The position numbers and the translations under genes are program-made. The notes below the pieces were generated by a model. It saw nothing but the letters and a program-made list of their open reading frames with translations. It ran no database searches and was not told where the DNA came from. Of a stretch of DNA of 21,383 nt, positions 1-8,519 are shown piece after piece (positions within the stretch are counted from its first letter, which is position 1; each line of letters starts with the position of its first letter). Source of the DNA: a bacterium (GTDB lineage Bacteria; Zhuqueibacterota; Zhuqueibacteria; Oceanimicrobiales; Oceanimicrobiaceae); the NCBI GenBank assembly GCA_037446635.1, contig JBBIIG010000064.1:1-21383 (forward strand), written 5' to 3'.

Positions 1-5
1 CGTAC

Positions 6-1997
6 ATGGCGCGGGTTTACGATTGCGGCGAAGGCGATATCCCGCGCATCGCGGCGCTGCCCGCCTGGAACGAGGTGGATTTCTTCAATGGCAACCGTTG
101 GCTAAATGAGGCAACTTTGGATGAGAACACTTTTGTTGTCTATGAGCAGCGCCTCGATATGTACGACGGCTACCTGACGACACAGTACGATTGGCGCGAT
201 GGCGAACGAAGCGCCGCTATCTCGGTTCAGGCATTTGTCTCGCGGGCGAATCCCAATCTTGCGGTCCTCCAGTTTCAGATTACGCCGCATTTTGCGGGTC
301 GGGTGAAAGTCGCGTTACCAATCCGGGCATGGCCGGCGCCGGCGCGTCAACCGCTTGCCCAGCTCGAAAAAGTTGCGCCGGATGCGCCGGGAAGCTGGCC
401 ATCGGTTTGGTATCCGGGATACATGGCAGTAGTAGATTGGCACGCTGAGGCCAGTCTTCGCAGCGGCAGCCTCTGGATGCTGGCGCAGGCCGAAGGCCGC
501 CCAACTGCCGTGGCGCTGGCTGCCGCCCTTTCCTGGCCGGCTGAGCTGCCAGCCGCGATGATTACTCCGCAGGTATCGGAGAAACTGGTTGCGCTGGAAA
601 TTTCCTTTGACGTTGCGGCTGAAAAGTCTTATACTTTTCACAAGTATATTGGCGCCGTTTCTTCGCTGGAGACGCCCGGGTTTTTGGCGAAGGCTCAAGA
701 AACCGCCGCTGCGGCTCAAACTCGCGGCTATGATGCCATCTTCGATGAACACGCACGCAGTTGGCATAAGCTGTGGGAGACGGATATCCTTGTGGAACAT
801 GACCTGCACTTGCAGACCATCATTCATTCCATGATGTTTTATCTGTTGAGCAGCGTGCGCGCGGGAAGTGAATTCAGTTTGCCGCCGATGGGCTTGGCGA
901 CAGCCGGCTACTACGGCCACATTTTTTGGGATGCCGACACCTGGATGTTTCCGCCGCTGGTGGTGATGTACCCGGAACTGGCAAAATCGCTCGTCATGTT
1001 CCGCTATCGTGCGTTGGCGGCCGCAAAAATCAACGCCCGTTTGAACGGCTACCAGGGGGCGATGTACCCATGGGAGTCCGATGAGCTGGGCGAGGAAACG
1101 ACCCCAAAATTTGCCTATCAAAATGCGCTTTACGAAAATCACGTCACCGGCGACGTGGCGCTGGCGCAGTGGCAATATTTTCTGGCCACGGCGGATACCC
1201 AGTGGCTTGCCGAGTACGGCTACCCGGTCATCAAAGAGACGGCGGATTTTTGGGCCAGCCGCGCCAGCTACGATGAGCAAAAAGATCGGTACGACATCCG
1301 GAACGTCGTTTCCGTGGATGAAGGTTTGATTGGCATCGGCAATGATGCCTACACCAACACCATCGCGCGCAAAAACCTCGAGATCGCCGTAGCCGCCAGC
1401 AAGCTGGTAGGAAATGAGCCCAACCCGACGTGGGAGAAGATGATCCCAAAAATCTACATTCCGTACGATCCACAAAACGAGTATCACCCGACGTATGAAA
1501 ACGCGCCGCCCGAAGCGCGCGGCTCCGTGGTGCCGCTGCTTTCGTATCCGCTGGAGTTGGCCATGAACGCACAGGCCAAGCGCAATAACCTCGAAAATGC
1601 GGTTCGGCTGCTGGCGGAACGCGGTTCCGGCGCCATGATGACCATTACGTTTTACCCCATTATCGCCGCGGAACTAGGCGACGCCCGGCTCTTCAATAAT
1701 CTCATTCCCCAAAGTTACGAGAACTATTTGCGGCCGCCGTTCCACGTGCTGGCCGAGACGCCAACCAACAATTCGACGAACTTCATCACGGGGGCAGGCG
1801 GCTTTTTGCAGCAAGTGATCTATGGCTACACCGGGCTGCGTTTGAGCGAAAAGGGCTTGTCGCAGAAATTCGCTCCGCTTCTTCCCGCCGCCGCCGTGAA
1901 AAGACTCACCCTCAGAAATTTCACGGTACAAGGGCAGAAATATGATATTGTAGTGGAAAAGAATAAAGTGAGGTTCATGGCCAAACATGAAAATTGA
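6..1997 (+). CDS. GH65 family glycoside hydrolase (trehalase/alpha-glucosidase-like), probably 5'-truncated by the window edge
   Basis: Motifs GYYGHIFWDADTWMFP, GAMYPWES, ENHVTGDVALAQWQY, VSVDE (catalytic acid position) and FITGAGGFLQQVIYGYTGLR typical of GH65. The frame is open to the window start. Confidence 0.88.
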   Translation: MARVYDCGEGDIPRIAALPAWNEVDFFNGNRWLNEATLDENTFVVYEQRLDMYDGYLTTQYDWRDGERSAAISVQAFVSRANPNLAVLQFQITPHFAGRVKVALPIRAWPAPARQPLAQLEKVAPDAPGSWPSVWYPGYMAVVDWHAEASLRSGSLWMLAQAEGRPTAVALAAALSWPAELPAAMITPQVSEKLVALEISFDVAAEKSYTFHKYIGAVSSLETPGFLAKAQETAAAAQTRGYDAIFDEHARSWHKLWETDILVEHDLHLQTIIHSMMFYLLSSVRAGSEFSLPPMGLATAGYYGHIFWDADTWMFPPLVVMYPELAKSLVMFRYRALAAAKINARLNGYQGAMYPWESDELGEETTPKFAYQNALYENHVTGDVALAQWQYFLATADTQWLAEYGYPVIKETADFWASRASYDEQKDRYDIRNVVSVDEGLIGIGNDAYTNTIARKNLEIAVAASKLVGNEPNPTWEKMIPKIYIPYDPQNEYHPTYENAPPEARGSVVPLLSYPLELAMNAQAKRNNLENAVRLLAERGSGAMMTITFYPIIAAELGDARLFNNLIPQSYENYLRPPFHVLAETPTNNSTNFITGAGGFLQQVIYGYTGLRLSEKGLSQKFAPLLPAAAVKRLTLRNFTVQGQKYDIVVEKNKVRFMAKHEN

Positions 1998-4524
1998 AAA
2001 TGTTAGAGTCCCCTTTCTTCGCAAAGAGGGGGTTAGGGAGAGGTGGATTTGGTTAATGTCGCTGGCGATAGCCATGAACATTCAGTCGTTTAGCGCCTCC
2101 GCCCAGCAAGTTGCCGCCATTCTCGAATTTCCCCAGATTGGATTGGATGACACCTCGAAGTATCGCGGTTACACCACGCGCTTTTTTCGCGACGCCGCTG
2201 GCAACACTTTGCAGATTGTTCTGAATCAAAATGAAGGCCGCGTCGTCAACCTCTGGGCCGATGCCGTCAACGAAAGCATCTCGTTTTCGGCGCGCGATGC
2301 CGCTGGCCAGCCGGCAAAACTGACGTGGGGCGCTCCGGGCGCCGAATCCTCGTCCACAGAAAAAATGCGCTACGTTCAATATAGCCTCACCGCCGAATCG
2401 CCGGCGCTGGAGATTGGCCATTTTCTTTTAGGCTCGATGCGGAAGGAGCGCGATTTCCAGTATCTGCAAAAACACAAGCTGCCGTTTGATGCCGAGCCTT
2501 TCAGCGAGCCGGAGTTGACGGAATTAATCAGCAATCTCGATCTTCTGCCGGCGGAGGCCCGCAGCCGACACCTCGCCGCGTTGAGCGCGAGCACTGCCGC
2601 GGAGCTGCGCGCCCGGCTTCTCCCCGAAGTATCGTTTCGCAAAGATCAAAATAACTCGACTGCGTTGATCGAGCAAATTACTTTTGATGGAAAGAATCAT
2701 CTTTCTCTGGAATTCAGCGCGCCCAGCAGCGAGGCCACCATCGAAGGGACGCGCGAAAAAGTCATCATTCGAGCCGGCACCAGCGGACAGCCAATTCGCT
2801 TCGCCGTCAAAATCGCCGCCGACTCCCCGTCATTAACGCCGCTGCGCCGGGATGAGATTTTCAACCCGGACTTTTTTCAATTTTATGAGCGCGTCAAATC
2901 CGAACACGACAGCTTGATCGCAAAATCCAATCTCGCTTCCGATGAAAAAGCAAAACTCTTGCGTTTCCGGTGGCTGGAGCGCCAGGTGACCAGTCTCGAG
3001 CTGTTGTGTTTTAAAGAAAAGCTCATGGCCGGGCTTCCCAACTTCGCCACCTATTTTGGCCGCGACATGATGATGTCCGCCCTGATGATGGAACCCATCT
3101 GGTCGCCGGCGATGCTGGAGCATGTCATCGCCAGCGTGCTGCGGAAATTGGGCCCAGCCGGCGAAGTCAGCCACGAAGAAGCGCTGGGCGGCCAGGCCAT
3201 TCGCGAGAACGCGGCGGTTTACAATCAGCTCATCGCCGAATACCTTCGCTCAAAAGCGGACACCGTTTTAATCCGCGCGGAGGGGCTGCTCAAAAATCTG
3301 CAATCGGTTCGTGAAAATTATCACATGTTAGACGATGACTTTCAGCTGCCCGTGCTGGTGGGGCGGTATCTCCAGCGGCAGGATATTTCAGCCGAGCGCA
3401 AACGGCAATTTCTAATGGCCTCCGACGGCCCGCCGCCGTCCGACTCGCGGCGGGCGCGGTTGCTGCGCAATCTTCTTTATGTTTCGAAGCAGACCGCCGC
3501 GTACGTCAAGGAGCCGGCGGCGGAACATTTAGTGGCCTTTCCAAAATTCGCTGAGGGGCGCTGGTTTTCCGGAAGCTGGCGCGACAGCGGCCCCGGCTAC
3601 GCCAACGGCCGGTTCGCGATGGACATCAATGCCATTTGGGCGCCGAAAGCGCTGGCGTCTTTTGCCGTGATGTTTGATTTTCTCAGATCCGATTTTTCGG
3701 TTGAAAAGCTCGAATCGTTGGCGCCGATGATTCGCGGCAGTCAGGTGAGTGAATATTTTTCTGATCCAAAATCTCTGCAACAAGCCATTCAGACCTGGGG
3801 AAGAGCGTCGCGCCACTTTGAAGTCCGCCTCTCTCCCAGCGAGGTTCAACAGCGGGTGCGAGAGAAATTAAATTCGCTGCCGGCGGAGGAGCGCACGTAC
3901 TGGCAGAACGTGGTTGCCGAAAGGGCCGCGGCTGACACCGTCGCGTTTCTGGCATTGTCGTTGGATGCGGCTGGTCGTCCGATCCCGGTCGCCAACACGG
4001 ATCCCGCCACCTGGTTATTTCTCGAAGATTTCACTCAGCAAATTTTAAATGGCCAGCGCAGTCCCAATGACGTTTGGAGGCTGCTAAAAATTTGTGTGAC
4101 GCCGTACCCCATCGGACTGTTTTTGGAGGGAGTGGGGCCTGCGGCCGCCAACGACGCCTACGCCGCTTCCGAAATTTGGCAAAACTTCGAGCGCGATTTG
4201 TATCACTCGCCGCGCACCATTTGGGGCCGCGAGGTCAATCTGCTGATTTTAGGTTTGAGCAAGCAAATTCTGTCCGCCTACGACGACAAGGGCCAACTCA
4301 AAAGCGCGGAGCTAAATTCTTACGTGTCGGAGCTGCGCGCGGCGCTGGAGAAAATTCACACCGCCGTGGAAGCATCGGGATTAAAGCACAATGAATTGTG
4401 GAGCTACAAAATTGCCGCTGGCAAGCTGCAGCCGGCGCGCTACGCCACCACGTCCGATATTCAACTTTGGAATTTGACCGACTTAGCTGTGCAGTTCTCA
4501 CTTGATCGACTTTCTACTTATTAA
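1987..4524 (+). CDS. Secreted uncharacterised protein with a predicted C-terminal (alpha/alpha)6 glycosidase-like domain (glycogen-debranching/GDE_C-like)
   Basis: 845-aa ORF overlapping the GH65 stop. Signal-peptide-like segment WIWLMSLAIAMNIQSFSASAQ. Motifs TYFGRD, WRDS, YHSPRTIW and QLW parallel the (W/Y)FGRD, WKDS, YHNGxVW and QAW motifs of GDE_C-type enzymes. Start codon uncertain. Confidence 0.6.
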   Translation: MKIENVRVPFLRKEGVRERWIWLMSLAIAMNIQSFSASAQQVAAILEFPQIGLDDTSKYRGYTTRFFRDAAGNTLQIVLNQNEGRVVNLWADAVNESISFSARDAAGQPAKLTWGAPGAESSSTEKMRYVQYSLTAESPALEIGHFLLGSMRKERDFQYLQKHKLPFDAEPFSEPELTELISNLDLLPAEARSRHLAALSASTAAELRARLLPEVSFRKDQNNSTALIEQITFDGKNHLSLEFSAPSSEATIEGTREKVIIRAGTSGQPIRFAVKIAADSPSLTPLRRDEIFNPDFFQFYERVKSEHDSLIAKSNLASDEKAKLLRFRWLERQVTSLELLCFKEKLMAGLPNFATYFGRDMMMSALMMEPIWSPAMLEHVIASVLRKLGPAGEVSHEEALGGQAIRENAAVYNQLIAEYLRSKADTVLIRAEGLLKNLQSVRENYHMLDDDFQLPVLVGRYLQRQDISAERKRQFLMASDGPPPSDSRRARLLRNLLYVSKQTAAYVKEPAAEHLVAFPKFAEGRWFSGSWRDSGPGYANGRFAMDINAIWAPKALASFAVMFDFLRSDFSVEKLESLAPMIRGSQVSEYFSDPKSLQQAIQTWGRASRHFEVRLSPSEVQQRVREKLNSLPAEERTYWQNVVAERAAADTVAFLALSLDAAGRPIPVANTDPATWLFLEDFTQQILNGQRSPNDVWRLLKICVTPYPIGLFLEGVGPAAANDAYAASEIWQNFERDLYHSPRTIWGREVNLLILGLSKQILSAYDDKGQLKSAELNSYVSELRAALEKIHTAVEASGLKHNELWSYKIAAGKLQPARYATTSDIQLWNLTDLAVQFSLDRLSTY
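2009..2043. repeat. REP-like element CCCCTTTCTTCGCAAAGAGGGGGTTAGGGAGAGG
   Basis: Imperfect CCCCT...AGGGG hairpin followed by GTTAGGGAGAGG, the layout of a widespread short palindromic repeat class. Confidence 0.55.
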
Positions 4525-4535
4525 CTTATTAACAA

Positions 4536-4709
4536 GACTATTGTAAAAATCCCATGTTACCTGTCATTGCGAGGAGTCTAAAATTAGGTTGCGGACGACG
4601 AAGCAATCCAGCCTAATCATCAGGAGATTGCTTCGCTCCTGCGGTCGCTCGCAAAGACAGTCAGTGCACTGGCACAAATTCCAACACCACTACAATTCTT
4701 ACAATAGTC
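4536..4709. mobile_element. MITE-like non-autonomous element with 15-bp terminal inverted repeats and an internal palindromic repeat
   Basis: GACTATTGTAAAAAT (4536-4550) and ATTCTTACAATAGTC (4695-4709) match 14/15 as inverted repeats. TTATTAACAA occurs on both flanks (4526-4535, 4713-4722). Confidence 0.6.
4561..4660. repeat. GTCATTGCGAG...CGAAGCAATC...GATTGCTTCG...CTCGCAA(T/A)GAC type nested palindromic repeat
   Basis: Outer arms CTGTCATTGCGAG / CTCGCAAAGACAG (1 mismatch) and inner arms CGAAGCAATC (4599-4608) / GATTGCTTCG (4626-4635). Confidence 0.8.
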
Positions 4710-4744
4710 ATTTTATTAACAAATCTCAGAGGGAGGAAACGAGG

Positions 4745-6379
4745 ATGGCTGCCTTAAACATTGTCGATGTTGTCATCATTGCGGGCTACTTCCTGCTCAT
4801 GCTGGGGATTGGTTACTGGGCGTTTCGCAAAGGGAAGGCGGAGAGCGCCGATTATTTTTTGGCCGGCCGCGACGTCGGCTGGCTGGTGGTGGGCGCCAGC
4901 TTGTTTGCCTCGAACATCGGCAGTGAGCATTTGGTGGGTCTGGCTGGCTCCGGTGCCGCAGGCGGGTTGGCCGTGGGGCACTTTGAGTGGCTGGCCTGTC
5001 TGGTACTGCTGCTTTTAGGGTGGGCATTTGTGCCGTTCTATCTGCGCAGCGGCGTTTACACCATGCCCGAATTTTTGGAGCAGCGCTACAGCGCGGCCTC
5101 CCGCTGGTACTTAGCCACGGTGTCGATTATCGGCTACGTGCTCACGAAAATCAGCGTGACGTTGTATGCCGGCGGCGTGGTCATCCGCGAGCTCACCGGT
5201 TTGGATATGTTTGCCAGCGCTATCGTGCTGGTGCTGATCACCGGGCTTTACACCATCGCCGGCGGGTTGCGCGCGGTGGTTTATACCGAAGTCATCCAAA
5301 CCTTTGTTTTGATTTTTGGCGCGGTGATTTTGGTGGCGCTGGGGTTGAGCGAGGTCGGGGGCTGGCAGGCGCTGCGCGAACGCACCCCCGGGGAATTTTT
5401 TTCCATGTGGAAAGCGGTGGATCACCCGGACTTCCCCTGGACCGGCATCGCGTTTGGCGCGCCCATTTTGGGGATCTGGTACTGGTGCACCGATCAATAC
5501 ATCGTGCAGCGCGTGCTGGCGGCGCGCAATCTCGAAGAAGCGCGCGGCGGCGCGATTTTCGCTGGCTTTCTCAAAATTCTGCCGGTGTTTATTTTTGTGC
5601 TGCCGGGGATCATCGCCGCCGTTCTGTTCAATGACATCACCGCGACGACGGCGGACCGCGCTTTCCCGGCGCTGGTCACCCGCATCCTGCCCATGGGCCT
5701 GAAGGGGCTGGTGATCGCCGGGCTGCTGGCGGCGTTGATGAGCTCCCTCAGCTCCGTTTTCAACTCCTGCTCAACGCTCATCACCTGGGATATTTATAAA
5801 AAAATGAAGCCGGATGTTACCGAGGCTCGTCTCGTCCTCGTGGGCCGCATTGCCACGGCGGCGCTGGTGATTTTGGGATTGCTCTGGGTGCCGTTTATGA
5901 AGTACATTTCGTCCCAGCTTTATATTTATTTGCAAAGCGTGCAGGCGTATATTGCCCCGCCCATTGCCGCCTGTTTTCTGTTCGGACTTTTTATGACGCG
6001 GTTGAATGGCACCGGCGCCATTGCTTCGCTGGTGAGCGGCTTTGTTTTGGGCGCGCTGCGGCTGATTTTGGAACTGGTGAATGGCACGGATAAATCCGGC
6101 CTGCCCGACGGCACGCTCTGGGCCTGGATTGCAGAAATCAATTTCCTGCATTTCGCCATTTTGCTGTTTGTAATTTGCACCGCCGTCCTCATTGTGGTGA
6201 GTTTGTTGAGCGCCGCCCCCGCGCGCGAGAAGATTCGGAATTTGACGTTTGCAACCGTTGGCGAAGAGGAAAAAGCCAAACCCATGACCGCGAAGATGAA
6301 AGCGCGCCATCGCATGAACGTCGTGTTGTCGATAGCGCTGGCGGCAGCTATTGGAATCCTCTGGATCATTTTTGCATGA
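4745..6379 (+). CDS. Sodium:solute symporter (SSS/SLC5, SGLT-like sugar transporter)
   Basis: YFLAGR, ASLFASNIGSEHLVGLAG, TMPEFLEQRY, WYWCTDQYIVQRVLA and AALMSSLSSVFNS motifs with many TM segments. Start placed at ATG 4745, downstream of GGAGG (4732-4736). Confidence 0.93.
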   Translation: MAALNIVDVVIIAGYFLLMLGIGYWAFRKGKAESADYFLAGRDVGWLVVGASLFASNIGSEHLVGLAGSGAAGGLAVGHFEWLACLVLLLLGWAFVPFYLRSGVYTMPEFLEQRYSAASRWYLATVSIIGYVLTKISVTLYAGGVVIRELTGLDMFASAIVLVLITGLYTIAGGLRAVVYTEVIQTFVLIFGAVILVALGLSEVGGWQALRERTPGEFFSMWKAVDHPDFPWTGIAFGAPILGIWYWCTDQYIVQRVLAARNLEEARGGAIFAGFLKILPVFIFVLPGIIAAVLFNDITATTADRAFPALVTRILPMGLKGLVIAGLLAALMSSLSSVFNSCSTLITWDIYKKMKPDVTEARLVLVGRIATAALVILGLLWVPFMKYISSQLYIYLQSVQAYIAPPIAACFLFGLFMTRLNGTGAIASLVSGFVLGALRLILELVNGTDKSGLPDGTLWAWIAEINFLHFAILLFVICTAVLIVVSLLSAAPAREKIRNLTFATVGEEEKAKPMTAKMKARHRMNVVLSIALAAAIGILWIIFA

Positions 6380-6417
6380 AAATCGTAGGGGTAATTCATG
6401 AATTACCCCTACGATTT
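6380..6417. repeat. Perfect 38-bp palindrome, GTAG-type REP
   Basis: AAATCGTAGGGGTAATTCA|TGAATTACCCCTACGATTT, starting immediately after the symporter stop codon. Confidence 0.85.
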
Positions 6418-6436
6418 ATTGAGAAAGGCCTATTCG

Positions 6437-8437
6437 ATGAAATTGAATTTGCTGATCATCACCGTTGTCGGCTATTTACAACTGGCCGCAGCCCAAGAGC
6501 CACAAAATCAAATAACCGTTCACGTGCCGCCAACTTTTGGCGCCCTGATCCACGACGAAGACACCGACGGCGACCAGAAAATCACCATTGACGATCCCCA
6601 CGTTGCCGGCACAGAACAGGGCGACAAACGCTTTTGGCTCACCACGACCGCTGGCCAGCGCTACGAGGTCTCCGGCACCTACTACCTCTCGAACCTGCTT
6701 CAAGAGCTCAAATTGGCGGAGGAAGCCGGCCGCGATACAACGCAACTTGAGGCGGGGAAAATTTTCGAGCCGCCGGTGGAGCGCATTTCCCGGCTCATCA
6801 AAGAAGTTTATTGGAATGGCCTCACCCGGCGCGTCGATGAAAAGGGACTGTCCAAAATTCTTTCCGATGAAAAAACCGTCACTGTGGATGGCATGCGCTA
6901 CGTCTACGTGCCATACGACGACAAGATCGCTTATGACTATTTCAGCCGCGTGGCCGCCAATCATCCGGAGTGGAAAATGAAAGTCGTGCGGCTGGCAAAG
7001 AAAATCACCCCCAAATATGTGCGGGAATTAGATGGCCATCACGGGATTTTGGGGCTGGCGATCAGCACGCGCGGAAACGTCAAATCAAAGATTTTGTCCG
7101 ATTTTGAAGGGCTGCCATTTGTGGTCCCCGGCGGACGCTTTAACGAGATGTACGGCTGGGACAGCTACTTCATCGCGCTCGGGCTTTTACAAAGCGATCG
7201 CCTTACGTTGGCAAAATGGATGGTGGACAATTTTGTTTATGAGATCAATCACTATGGCGCGATTCTCAATGCGAACCGCACTTACTATCTTACGCGCTCG
7301 CAGCCGCCCTTTCTCACCTCGATGGCGCTCGCTATTTACCATCGCCTCCACAAAGATGCCGCCAGCAAAGAGTGGCTGAAAAAAGTCTTGTTGGCGGCGA
7401 TCAAAGAATACCGCAATGTGTGGATGAATCCGAATCGCCTCACCCAAACCGGCTTGAGCCGCTACTATGATGTCGGTTACGGCGCGCCGCCGGAGGTCGA
7501 GCCCGGCCATTTTGATGCCGTGTTTCGGCCTTACGCGAAAAAGGCCGGGATGGACGTTCGCGCTTTTGAGGCCGCTTATCGCTCCGGCAAAGTGAAAGTT
7601 CCGGAGTTGGATCGATACTTCGTGCATGATCGCGCGATGCGGGAATCTGGCCACGACACCAGCTATCGCCTCGAAAACCGCTGCGCCGATCTTGCCACCG
7701 TCGATCTCAATTCTCTACTTTATAAATATGAAATCGACATTGCCAAAACCATCGAGGCGGAATTTGCGGGTACGCTGCAAATTAACAAAAAAGAATCGGA
7801 AACTAGCGCCGAATGGTATCGCGCCGCAGAGAAACGCAAGGGACTAATCAACAGCCACCTGTGGAACGGCCCGCAAGGCTTGTTTTATGATTACGACGTG
7901 GTGCACGGGCGGCAGATTGAATATGTCAGCGCCACGACCTTTTATCCGTTGTGGGCCGGACTCGCCTCGAAGGATCAAGCGGAAAAATTGGTGAAGCAGG
8001 CGCTGCCGCTTTTGGAGATGCCCGGCGGCATTGCCGGCTCCACCGAAGCCTCGCGGGGGCCGATTACCCCGGAGCGTCCGCTGCGGCAGTGGGACTTTCC
8101 GCACGGTTGGGCGCCCCATCAAATGCTCGTGTGGCAGGGCCTGTTGAATTACGGCTACGATCACATCGCCCACCGTTTGATTTACCGCTGGCTATATACC
8201 ATCACGTTCAACGCGGCCAATTACAACGGCACGGTGCCGGAGAAATTCGATGTAGTCACGCGCTCGCACCAGGTTTTCGCGGAATACGGCAATGTCGGGA
8301 CGAAATTTTCATACATCACGCGCGAGGGCTTCGGCTGGACGAACGCTTCGTATCTGATTGGGCTGACCGTCCTGCCCGAGGAATTGCGCGCCGATTTGAA
8401 CCGGCTGATTCCGCCGGAGTGGGTTTTTCGCGAATAA
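6437..8437 (+). CDS. Alpha,alpha-trehalase, GH37, neutral (Nth1-like) type with Ca-binding N-domain and signal peptide
   Basis: VPGGRFNEMYGWDSYF, NANRTYYLTRSQPPF, RESGHD, QWDFPHGWAPHQ and EGFGWTN motifs, plus DTDGDQKITIDD loop. Start ATG 6437 after AGAAAGG, with signal peptide MKLNLLIITVVGYLQLAAA. Confidence 0.93.
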   Translation: MKLNLLIITVVGYLQLAAAQEPQNQITVHVPPTFGALIHDEDTDGDQKITIDDPHVAGTEQGDKRFWLTTTAGQRYEVSGTYYLSNLLQELKLAEEAGRDTTQLEAGKIFEPPVERISRLIKEVYWNGLTRRVDEKGLSKILSDEKTVTVDGMRYVYVPYDDKIAYDYFSRVAANHPEWKMKVVRLAKKITPKYVRELDGHHGILGLAISTRGNVKSKILSDFEGLPFVVPGGRFNEMYGWDSYFIALGLLQSDRLTLAKWMVDNFVYEINHYGAILNANRTYYLTRSQPPFLTSMALAIYHRLHKDAASKEWLKKVLLAAIKEYRNVWMNPNRLTQTGLSRYYDVGYGAPPEVEPGHFDAVFRPYAKKAGMDVRAFEAAYRSGKVKVPELDRYFVHDRAMRESGHDTSYRLENRCADLATVDLNSLLYKYEIDIAKTIEAEFAGTLQINKKESETSAEWYRAAEKRKGLINSHLWNGPQGLFYDYDVVHGRQIEYVSATTFYPLWAGLASKDQAEKLVKQALPLLEMPGGIAGSTEASRGPITPERPLRQWDFPHGWAPHQMLVWQGLLNYGYDHIAHRLIYRWLYTITFNAANYNGTVPEKFDVVTRSHQVFAEYGNVGTKFSYITREGFGWTNASYLIGLTVLPEELRADLNRLIPPEWVFRE

Positions 8438-8462
8438 GAAATTAAAAATTGAAAAATACAAA

Positions 8463-8495
8463 AAGTGCCACGCACTTTAAAAGTGCGTGGCACTT
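8463..8495. terminator. 16-bp inverted repeat between convergent genes (bidirectional terminator or REP-like)
   Basis: AAGTGCCACGCACTTT-A-AAAGTGCGTGGCACTT, with A-tracts on the left and a T-tract shortly to the right. Confidence 0.7.
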
Positions 8496-8519
8496 AAGTT
8501 TTTCTACATTCAACTCCCA

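Noticed and set aside
315..1487. 390-aa minus-strand ORF
   Set aside because: Antisense shadow of the GH65 gene with no recognisable motifs.
4589..4744. 52-aa N-terminal extension of the symporter in the ORF track
   Set aside because: It runs through the MITE/palindrome, and a strong RBS supports ATG 4745.
6398..6436. Upstream ATG for the trehalase
   Set aside because: It lies at the centre of the REP palindrome. ATG 6437 has an RBS and begins a signal peptide.
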